A DNA stretch of 64,000 nt from contig CAYLHQ010000012.1 in assembly GCA_964383585.1 (NCBI GenBank), forward strand, positions 36,714-100,713, read 5' to 3'. The notes under the pieces were generated by a model. That model did no database searches. It saw only the letters and a program-made list of their open reading frames with translations, and was not told where the DNA came from. This stretch comes from an uncultured Acidobacteriota bacterium. GTDB lineage: Bacteria > Acidobacteriota > Polarisedimenticolia > Polarisedimenticolales > DASRJG01. Position 1 is the stretch's first letter, and every line of letters starts with the position of its first letter. Made by a program: the position numbers and the translations under genes. Shown piece after piece: positions 35,806-43,161 of this stretch.

Positions 35806-38800
35806 ATGAACACCCTTCCCGTCCACCGTCTCGAAATCGGTCTCCGGCCCGGCCATCGCGATCCCCGCGGCGAGGGGGTGTCGCGCACCGTCCGCGGGTT
35901 CCTGCGCATCCCCGTCGGCCGGATCCGCACCCGCGACGTCTATCGGATCGAGGCCGACCTGACAGAAGAAGACGCGCGCCGGGTCCTCCACGAGATCGCC
36001 GACCCGATTCTCCATGCCGGCGCGGTCGGGCGTCTCGAGGACGGCCCGTTCGACCAGGCGATCGAGGTCGCCTACAAGCCCGGGGTGACCGACCCGGTCG
36101 GGAAGTCGGCGCTCGTCGCCGTGCGCGACACCCTCGGCCGCACGCTCGATCCGCGCGCGGCCGTCTACACCTCGACGCTCTACCTCTGCGAAGGTCTCGA
36201 CGGGAAGGAGGCCGCCCGGATCGCCGCGGAGTTGCTCGCGAACCCCGTGATCCAAAACGTCACCGTCCTCTCCTACGAGGATTGGCGAAGGGCCGGCCCC
36301 GACCTTTCCGTCCCCCGCGTCCGCGAGCACGCGCGCCCCGCCGTGGCGACGATCGATCTCTCCGGGACCGACGCCGACCTCGAGCGGATCTCGAAGGAGC
36401 GTCTGCTCGCGCTTACGCTTTCGGAGATGCGGACCGTTCGCGATCACTTCGCCGCGCAGGCGCGAGGGGGACGCCGCCGGGACGCCGGGCTCGGCCCCTC
36501 CCCGACCGACGTCGAGATGGAGGCGATCGCGCAGACCTGGAGCGAGCACTGCAAGCACAAGATCTTCCGTTCGACGGTCACCTACCTCGAGCCCGGCCGC
36601 TCTCCCGAAACGATCCGCTCCCTCTTCGAAACCTTCATCCGGGGGACGACCGAGGCGCTCGACCTCCCGTGGCTCGTCTCGGTCTTCCACGACAACGCCG
36701 GGGTGGTCGCGTTCGACGAGGCGATCCACCTCGTCTACAAGGTCGAAACCCACAACTCCCCCTCCGCTCTCGACCCCTACGGCGGGGCGATCACCGGGAT
36801 CGTCGGCGTCAACCGCGACCCGTTCGGGACCGGCCTCGGGGCCGACCTCCTCGCGAACGTGTGGGGCTACTGCTTCGCCTCCCCCTTCTTCGAGGGGAGG
36901 CTCCCGGCCGGCCTCCTCCACCCGCGTCGTATCCGGGACGGGGTCCATCAGGGGGTGATCGACGGGGGGAACCAGAGCGGCGTCCCGTACGGGCGCGGCT
37001 GGGAGCTCTTCGACGGCCGTTTCCTCGGGAAACCCCTCGTCTTCTGCGGCACGGTCGGCGCGCTTCCCGTGACCGTCGCCGGAAGGCCCGGCCACGAGAA
37101 AGGCGCCCGGCCCGGCGACCGGATCGTGATGGTCGGCGGCAGGATCGGGGCCGACGGGATCCACGGGGCGACCTTCTCCTCGGCCGCGCTCGACGAATCG
37201 GCGCCGATCCAGGCGGTCCAGATCGGCGACCCGATCACGCAGAAGCGGATGTTCGACTTCCTCCTCGAGGCCCGCGACCTCGGCCTCTACACCGCGATCA
37301 CCGACAACGGCGCGGGGGGCCTTTCCTCCTCCGTCGGAGAGATGGCGCGCGTCCCTGGCGGCGCCCGCCTCGACGTCGAGAAGGCCCCGCTCAAGTACGC
37401 CGGACTCGCGCCGTGGGAGATCCTCGTCTCCGAGGCGCAGGAGCGGATGACGGTCGCGGTAGCCCCCGAGCGGGTCGGGACATTCCTCGAACTCGCGCGG
37501 CGGCGCGAGGTGGAAGCGACCGACCTCGGGGAATTCACCGGGGACGGCGTCTTTCACGTCGTGTGCGGGAACGAAACCGTCGCCCTCCTCGACATGGAGT
37601 TCCTCCACGAGGGGGATCCGGACCTCGACCTGACCGCCCGATGGGTGCCGCACGTCTGGCCGGAACCGGCCTCCGAGCCTCCGAACGATCTGGGGGAGAC
37701 GCTCGTCGCGATGGCGCGCCGGCTCAACCTGGCCTCGGGCGAGGAGAAGGCGCGCCACTACGACCACGAGGTCAAGGGGCTCACCGTCGTGAAGCCTTGG
37801 GTCGGCTCGCGCGCCGACGTCCCCGCCGAGGCGACCGTCTTCCTCGCCCGGCACGGCTCCCTTCGCGGGTACGTCCTGTCGGAGGGGGTGAACCCCTTCC
37901 TCTCCGATATCGACACCCACGCCATGGCGCGCGCGGTCGTCGACGAGGCGGTCCGCCGGCAGATCTGCGCCGGCGCCTCCCTCGAGCGGATCGCGCTCCT
38001 CGACAACTTCTGCTGGCCCGATCCGGTGGCCTCTCCCACGAACCCCGACGGTGAGCTCAAAGCGGCTCAACTCGTCCGTGCGTGCCGCGGACTGCACGAA
38101 CTCTGCGTCGCCTACGGGGCGCCGCTCGTCTCGGGGAAGGACTCGATGAAGAACGACTCGACCTTGGGGGGGGTGCGGATCAGCGTGCCGCCGACCCTCC
38201 TCGTCTCGGCCCTCGGGCAGATCGACGACGTGCGCGGGGCACTGACCCTCGAGCCGCGGGAGGAGGGAGACCTCGTCTACCTCCTCGGAACCACGCGCGA
38301 CGAGACGGGGGGAAGCGAGTACTTCCGCTGGCTCGGCGAACGGGACGGTTTCCTCCCGGAGGTCGGGAAGCCGGCACCGTACGTGGGAAACAAGGCGCCG
38401 CGGGTCGATCCCGAGGAGACGCTCCCGCTGTACAGGACGCTCGCGCGCGCGATCCGCGACGGCCTCGTCCGCTCCGCGGCGACGCCGTCCCGGGGCGGGC
38501 TCGCGTGGGCCCTCGCGCGGAAAGCCCTCGCCGCGCGCCGCGGCCTCGACCTCGACCTCGACCTCTGTCCCGACCTCGTCGAGCTCCCCCCCGACGTGGC
38601 CCTCTTTTCGGAATCGTGCGGACGATTCGTCGTCACCGTGGCCGGAAAGGACGCGGACGCCTTCGAGTCGCGCTTCGCCGGAATGGCCTGCAGCCGGGCG
38701 GGGAAGGTCGGCGGCGATCGCCGGATTCGCGCTCGCCTCGGGGGGCGGACGGTCGTCGACGTCGACCTTTCCATCCTTGGCCGCGCGTGGAAGGAGACCT

Positions 38801-38814
38801 TCGCCGATGTCTGA
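35806..38814 (+). CDS. purL: phosphoribosylformylglycinamidine synthase subunit PurL with an N-terminal tandem PurS-like extension
   Basis: The product is 1002 aa. The PurL core starts at about aa 190 (...AQTWSEHCKHKIF...), followed by the AIR-synthase-like repeats. The first ~185 aa contain two PurS-like units (HRLEIGLRPGHRDPRGEGV... and IEVAYKPGVTDPVGKSAL...). Confidence 0.9.
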   Translation: MNTLPVHRLEIGLRPGHRDPRGEGVSRTVRGFLRIPVGRIRTRDVYRIEADLTEEDARRVLHEIADPILHAGAVGRLEDGPFDQAIEVAYKPGVTDPVGKSALVAVRDTLGRTLDPRAAVYTSTLYLCEGLDGKEAARIAAELLANPVIQNVTVLSYEDWRRAGPDLSVPRVREHARPAVATIDLSGTDADLERISKERLLALTLSEMRTVRDHFAAQARGGRRRDAGLGPSPTDVEMEAIAQTWSEHCKHKIFRSTVTYLEPGRSPETIRSLFETFIRGTTEALDLPWLVSVFHDNAGVVAFDEAIHLVYKVETHNSPSALDPYGGAITGIVGVNRDPFGTGLGADLLANVWGYCFASPFFEGRLPAGLLHPRRIRDGVHQGVIDGGNQSGVPYGRGWELFDGRFLGKPLVFCGTVGALPVTVAGRPGHEKGARPGDRIVMVGGRIGADGIHGATFSSAALDESAPIQAVQIGDPITQKRMFDFLLEARDLGLYTAITDNGAGGLSSSVGEMARVPGGARLDVEKAPLKYAGLAPWEILVSEAQERMTVAVAPERVGTFLELARRREVEATDLGEFTGDGVFHVVCGNETVALLDMEFLHEGDPDLDLTARWVPHVWPEPASEPPNDLGETLVAMARRLNLASGEEKARHYDHEVKGLTVVKPWVGSRADVPAEATVFLARHGSLRGYVLSEGVNPFLSDIDTHAMARAVVDEAVRRQICAGASLERIALLDNFCWPDPVASPTNPDGELKAAQLVRACRGLHELCVAYGAPLVSGKDSMKNDSTLGGVRISVPPTLLVSALGQIDDVRGALTLEPREEGDLVYLLGTTRDETGGSEYFRWLGERDGFLPEVGKPAPYVGNKAPRVDPEETLPLYRTLARAIRDGLVRSAATPSRGGLAWALARKALAARRGLDLDLDLCPDLVELPPDVALFSESCGRFVVTVAGKDADAFESRFAGMACSRAGKVGGDRRIRARLGGRTVVDVDLSILGRAWKETFADV

Positions 38815-39607
38815 GACCGTCGCCGTTGTCGTGATCACCGGTCTCGGCCTGAACTGCGAGGCCGAAACCGAAGCCGCGTTCCGGATGGCGGGGGCCCACC
38901 CCGAGCGAGTTCACCTGCTCGATCTCCTCGACGGGACGGCGAAGCGCCGTCTGTCCGACTACCGCCTCGCCGCGTTCATCGGGGGGTTCGCCTTCGGAGA
39001 CCACCTGGGGGCGGGAACCGTCTTCGCGAACAAGATCCGCTGGCGGCTCTACGATGACCTCCTCCGGTTCGTCGAGAAGGGAGGTCTCGCCCTCGGGATC
39101 TGCAACGGGTTCCAGACGATGACCCGCCTCGGTCTCGTCCCGGGCCTCGACGGCGACTACCGGACACCGCGCGCGACCCTCGCCCCGAACGAACGCCCCG
39201 GGTACCGCGACGCCTGGGTGACTCTCGCCTTCGACCCCGCGTCGCCGTGCGTGTGGACGCGGGGCCTCGACACGATGGATCTCCCCGCGCGGCACGGCGA
39301 GGGGCGTTTCCTCTGTGACGAGGACGTGCGGGAGCGGCTCGAGTCGGGACGGCAGATCGCCTGCCGGTACGTCGGCCCGAGCGGAAAGCCGACGCAGGAG
39401 TGGCCGTACAACCCCAACGGTTCCCCGGACGCGGTCGCCGGGGTGTGCGATCCCTCGGGACGTCTCTTCGGCCTCATGCCCCACCCGGACGCCTACCTGT
39501 ATCCCTTCCAGCACCCGCGTTGGTTCCGGGATCGGGGCGAGTCCCGGCAAGGAGACGGGATTAGGATCTTTCGGAACGGGGTCGAGGCCGCGATCGGGAT
39601 ACCATGA
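38807..39607 (+). CDS. purQ: phosphoribosylformylglycinamidine synthase glutaminase subunit PurQ
   Basis: It overlaps purL by 8 nt. Class I glutamine amidotransferase features are the nucleophile elbow LGICNGFQ and a downstream HP(D/E) (LMPHPD). Confidence 0.85.
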   Translation: MSETVAVVVITGLGLNCEAETEAAFRMAGAHPERVHLLDLLDGTAKRRLSDYRLAAFIGGFAFGDHLGAGTVFANKIRWRLYDDLLRFVEKGGLALGICNGFQTMTRLGLVPGLDGDYRTPRATLAPNERPGYRDAWVTLAFDPASPCVWTRGLDTMDLPARHGEGRFLCDEDVRERLESGRQIACRYVGPSGKPTQEWPYNPNGSPDAVAGVCDPSGRLFGLMPHPDAYLYPFQHPRWFRDRGESRQGDGIRIFRNGVEAAIGIP

Positions 39608-39629
39608 GCCCGGAGGAGGGCTCCGCGAC

Positions 39630-40439
39630 GTGCCCGAGACCACGTACAACGCGACGCTGATCGGCCGCGAAGACCTCCACGCGCACCTTCGGATCTTCCG
39701 AGTCCGTCCGGACGCCGACCTCTTCGACTTCGAGCCGGGGCAGTACTCGGTTCTCGGCCTCCTCGGCGGCGAGCCGAGGGTCCCCGAGGCAGACCCCGAA
39801 GAGCCTCCGCCTCCCGCCGGCGCGATGATCCGGCGCGCCTACAGCATCGCATCGTCGAGCCTCGAGCGCGGTTACGTCGAGTTCTTCGTGAACCTCGTGA
39901 CGAGCGGAAGCCTCACCCCACGTCTCTTCGCGCTGCCTCGCGGCGGGCGGATCTGGCTCGGGCCGAAGGCGACGGGGATGTTCACGCTCGACCGGGTGTC
40001 GCCGGGGCGGGCGGTCGTGCTCGTCGCGACGGGAACGGGGCTCGCTCCGTACGTCTCGATGCTGAGGACCATGCTCGTGCGCGAAACGGCGCGGCGGTTC
40101 GTCGTCCTGCACGGGGCGCGCTACTCGTGGGACCTCGGATATCGCGGAGAGCTCGAAAGCCTCTCGAGGCTTCGCACGAACCTCACCTACATCCCGTCGA
40201 TCACGCGGCCCGAGCGCGATCCTCACTTCACCGGCGCCGTGGGGCGCGTGCAAGCGCTCCTCGACCAGGGGATCGTCGAGAAGGAGACGGGTGTTCTTCT
40301 CGACCCCGCGCGGACCGAGGTCTTCCTCTGCGGAAACCCGGACATGATCCGGGACGCGAAGGCGATGCTCGTCGGGCGCGGCTTCGTCCCCGACAAGGGG
40401 CGCGAGGCGGGAACGCTGCACGTCGAGGAATATTGGTAG
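39630..40439 (+). CDS. ferredoxin-NADP(+) reductase (Fpr-type)
   Basis: GTG 39630 follows GGAGGAGGG. FAD-binding motif RRAYSIAS and NAD(P)-binding motif VVLVATGTGLAPY are present. The C-terminus ...HVEEYW is typical of bacterial subclass I FNR. Confidence 0.8.
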   Translation: MPETTYNATLIGREDLHAHLRIFRVRPDADLFDFEPGQYSVLGLLGGEPRVPEADPEEPPPPAGAMIRRAYSIASSSLERGYVEFFVNLVTSGSLTPRLFALPRGGRIWLGPKATGMFTLDRVSPGRAVVLVATGTGLAPYVSMLRTMLVRETARRFVVLHGARYSWDLGYRGELESLSRLRTNLTYIPSITRPERDPHFTGAVGRVQALLDQGIVEKETGVLLDPARTEVFLCGNPDMIRDAKAMLVGRGFVPDKGREAGTLHVEEYW

Positions 40440-40440
40440 G

Positions 40441-40526
40441 AAAAGGGGACTGGCACCTTTTCCGGTCGCCGGAAAAGGTGCCAGTCCCCTTTTTCACACC
40501 GGAAAAAGTGCCAGTCCCCTTTTTCA
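40441..40526. repeat. AT-rich perfect palindrome (GGGGACTGGCACCTTTTCC family) plus a tandem extra half-copy; likely bidirectional terminator
   Basis: AAAAGGGGACTGGCACCTTTTCCGG (40441-40465) pairs with CCGGAAAAGGTGCCAGTCCCCTTTT (40469-40493). A second right-arm copy, CCGGAAAAAGTGCCAGTCCCCTTTTT, lies at 40499-40524. The element lies in the ~100-bp gap between the convergent stops of fpr (40439) and the TonB-dependent receptor (40539). Confidence 0.75.
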
Positions 40527-40538
40527 CAGTCCCCATTC

Positions 40539-42611
40539 TCACCACCCCCATTTCGTCACGAGCCGCACCGACCGGCTCTCCATCGGGTGGAAGTGGACGT
40601 CCTCCACCCCCTCCTCCGGTTCCCCGGGGAGGCGCGAGGCGTAGAAGTACTCGATATCGCTGTCGTCCCGGTCGAAGAGGTTGAAAACCTCGACCGCGAG
40701 CGACACGTCGCGCGCGAACCGCCATCCGGCTCGGAGCGACGCGAGGGATGTCGAGCCCGAGCGGACCGAGCCGTCCTCGATCAGCGGGCGCGGACCGAAG
40801 TAGCGCCACCGGATCGCACCGAAAAACCCGCGTGGGGAATCGAACGCCGCTCCCGCCGACACGGCCGAGGTCAGCGCCCCGGGGATGAACTCCCCGGCCG
40901 AATCGTCGTCGGTGAAACGGCCGCGGGTCCACGCGGCGTCGAGCTCGAGGGTGAGCCAGGGAGCGGGCCGCCAGTGATTGGCGATCTCGACGCCCGTGCG
41001 CCGGCTCGGCCGGCTCGCCTCGGTCCCGCCCGCGTCCCCGACGAAGAGAAGTTCCGAGTCGAGCTCTAGGACGAAGAACGTGACGCTCGTCTGCAGCCCA
41101 TCGAGTGCGGAGGTACGAAACCCGACGTCGGCCCCGGTCGCGCGCACCAGGGGATCGACCGGCTCGGCGGGCTCGCCCGAACGCGGATCGACCCGGATCG
41201 TCGCGCCCCGCGCGTCGTTGCTGTGGTAGCCGGCGCCGAGATTGACGTAGACCTCGGTGCGAGACCACGGCCCGAAGACGAGCGAGAGTTTCGGACTCAG
41301 GAGAGAGTCCGACCGGCTCCCGGAGTTCTCCGCCAAGTCGCTCGAGACGTCGGCCCGGAACACGTCGGCCCGGAGGCCGGCGCGGGTCCGGAACCAGGCG
41401 TTCCACTCGATTTCCGCGTCCACGAACGCGGCGCCGAGAAGTTGCTCGACGTCGTCGGCGCGGACCGTGTCCCGAATTGCGCCGCCTGCGGTATCGAAGA
41501 GGCCGTTGTCGATGAAATCCGCACGCGCGTCGAGGCCCCAGTTCCACCGAACGGCGCGTCCGCCCGGACCCGCGACGTACCCTCGCGCGAATCGCGCGCC
41601 GAGGGCTGTTCGGCGGTCCCTCTGAAGGAACTCGTCTCCTTCCGCCGGGTCGTCGAGGAAGTAGGTGAAGTTCGAGAGGAGGTCGAGGGAGTAGCGGAGG
41701 ACGTACCCCGAAAGCGTCGTCGTCGAGCCGACGTTCCGGGTCCGCCAGGACGCGGAGAGGCTGTACCGCCCCGATTCCCCGCCGAGATCGTCGTCGAGTG
41801 AGCCGAAACGGCCGACGAGCCCCTGCTCGACGGCGCGCCTCGGGATCTGGTCGGTCGCGTCCCACTCCCCGTCGTACGCCATCGCGGTCACCGTGAGCCC
41901 ACGGTCGGCCTCCCCCCGCGTCCAGCGGACGACGCCGTTCCAGCGACGGAAGTCGTCGGGGCGCTCCCACGGGCCGTCGTAGTGGGAGAACTCGACCGCG
42001 CCGAGGACGGTCCCTTCGCCGATCGGGAGCGAGCCCGCCGCGAGCGCGCGCGCGTAGTCGTCGGTCCCGGCGACGAGATCCACGATCGGCCGATCGAGCG
42101 CGCGGACGAGATCGAAATCGACCGATCCGGCTGCCGAGAAGTCCCCCACCTCCGCCCAGTACGGCCCCTTCCGGAACCGCGCGCGCTCGACGAGTTCCGG
42201 GATGACGAAGTTGAGGTCGGCGTATCCCTGGCCGTGGGCGTGCGTCGGGAGGTTCACCTGCATCCCGTCGAGCGTCACGTGAAAGTCGGTGCCGTGGTCC
42301 AGGTTGAACCCGCGCAGGAAGTACTGGTTTCCCTTTCCGCCCCCGCTGTGCTGCGTTGCGATCGTCCCGGGAACGGTTTCGACCAGTTCCCCGGGGCGCA
42401 GAAGGGGTCTCCGTGCGAGGTCTTCCTTGCCGGTCACCCCCTCGGAGCCCGAGGTCGCGATCCCGACAAGATCGTCGGCCCGGGCCGTGACCTCCACGTC
42501 CTCCGGTGTTTCGGGAGCCGGGAGGGGTTCTTCGCTTCTCGTTTCCTCCTGTGCGAAAAGACAGACGGAGCAGGCCATGGCGAGCGCCATCGAAGTGGCC
42601 GCCGTTTTCAT
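40539..42611 (-). CDS. TonB-dependent outer membrane receptor
   Basis: Signal peptide MKTAATSMALAMACSVCLFAQ. The plug domain reads ...PGTIATQHSGGGKGNQYFLRGFNLDHGTDF... A long beta-barrel ends in the aromatic C-terminus ...VTKWGW. ATG 42641 is an alternative start. Confidence 0.85.
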   Translation of the reverse strand: MKTAATSMALAMACSVCLFAQEETRSEEPLPAPETPEDVEVTARADDLVGIATSGSEGVTGKEDLARRPLLRPGELVETVPGTIATQHSGGGKGNQYFLRGFNLDHGTDFHVTLDGMQVNLPTHAHGQGYADLNFVIPELVERARFRKGPYWAEVGDFSAAGSVDFDLVRALDRPIVDLVAGTDDYARALAAGSLPIGEGTVLGAVEFSHYDGPWERPDDFRRWNGVVRWTRGEADRGLTVTAMAYDGEWDATDQIPRRAVEQGLVGRFGSLDDDLGGESGRYSLSASWRTRNVGSTTTLSGYVLRYSLDLLSNFTYFLDDPAEGDEFLQRDRRTALGARFARGYVAGPGGRAVRWNWGLDARADFIDNGLFDTAGGAIRDTVRADDVEQLLGAAFVDAEIEWNAWFRTRAGLRADVFRADVSSDLAENSGSRSDSLLSPKLSLVFGPWSRTEVYVNLGAGYHSNDARGATIRVDPRSGEPAEPVDPLVRATGADVGFRTSALDGLQTSVTFFVLELDSELLFVGDAGGTEASRPSRRTGVEIANHWRPAPWLTLELDAAWTRGRFTDDDSAGEFIPGALTSAVSAGAAFDSPRGFFGAIRWRYFGPRPLIEDGSVRSGSTSLASLRAGWRFARDVSLAVEVFNLFDRDDSDIEYFYASRLPGEPEEGVEDVHFHPMESRSVRLVTKWGW

Positions 42612-42687
42612 CAATGTGAACACGCATCCCCCTTCCCGCATCGCGCGGGCGTTTCCTCTGGACCGCGTCTTGTGGATGGGTCGGAGA

Positions 42688-43161
42688 TCAGGAAGGTGGG
42701 GCGCGGGGAGATCGGTGGAGGGCGAGCGGGACGCCACCCGGCCGAAACAGAACCGTCGGAGTTGCAATCGAGAGTGGGCGTTCCGGAGGCGTGGCCCCCG
42801 TGTCCTCGAAGCCGGATTCTCCCGGGGGCGCCGCGCCCGGAAGGAAGCGTGCGGACTTGCGGGGGTCGTCCCGGTCTGCGGGGGGCGACCAGGGATCGGG
42901 CCTCCCCTCGTCGAAGCCGCCGCGATCGGCGTGAGTGTGACCGGCGCCTCCGTGCTCATGGAACCCGAGATGGAGGTGGTCGTGGACGACGTGCGCGGAG
43001 CCGTTCCGGTGATGGTGGGGACGATCTTCACCCGTTGCACCCAGCCAGAAGAGACAAACGAACCCGAGCAAACCCGAGACGCTCCGCTCGGGGAAAAAAT
43101 GGGGACTGGCACCTTTTCCGAAGACCCTCCCGGAAAAGGTGCCAGTCCCCATTTCTCTCAT
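42688..43161 (-). CDS. hypothetical His-rich protein (start uncertain)
   Basis: The ORF has high GC3 by eye. It encodes a hydrophobic segment (LLGFVCLFWLGATG) followed by HHHRNGSAHVVHDHLHLGFHEHGGAGHTH. ATG 43161 overlaps the upstream stop (ATGA) but would put the 43099-43152 palindrome inside the coding region. The next in-frame start is TTG 43071. Confidence 0.35.
   Translation of the reverse strand: MREMGTGTFSGRVFGKGASPHFFPERSVSGLLGFVCLFWLGATGEDRPHHHRNGSAHVVHDHLHLGFHEHGGAGHTHADRGGFDEGRPDPWSPPADRDDPRKSARFLPGAAPPGESGFEDTGATPPERPLSIATPTVLFRPGGVPLALHRSPRAPPS
43099..43152. repeat. perfect palindrome of the GGGGACTGGCACCTTTTCC family
   Basis: ATGGGGACTGGCACCTTTTCCG (43099-43120) pairs perfectly with CGGAAAAGGTGCCAGTCCCCAT (43131-43152). 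It starts 6 nt downstream of the sulfatase-like gene stop. Confidence 0.75.

Noticed and set aside
34627-38838. A 1403-aa minus-strand ORF opposite purL.
   Set aside because: It is antisense to purL, which has clear family motifs. Its composition is low complexity.
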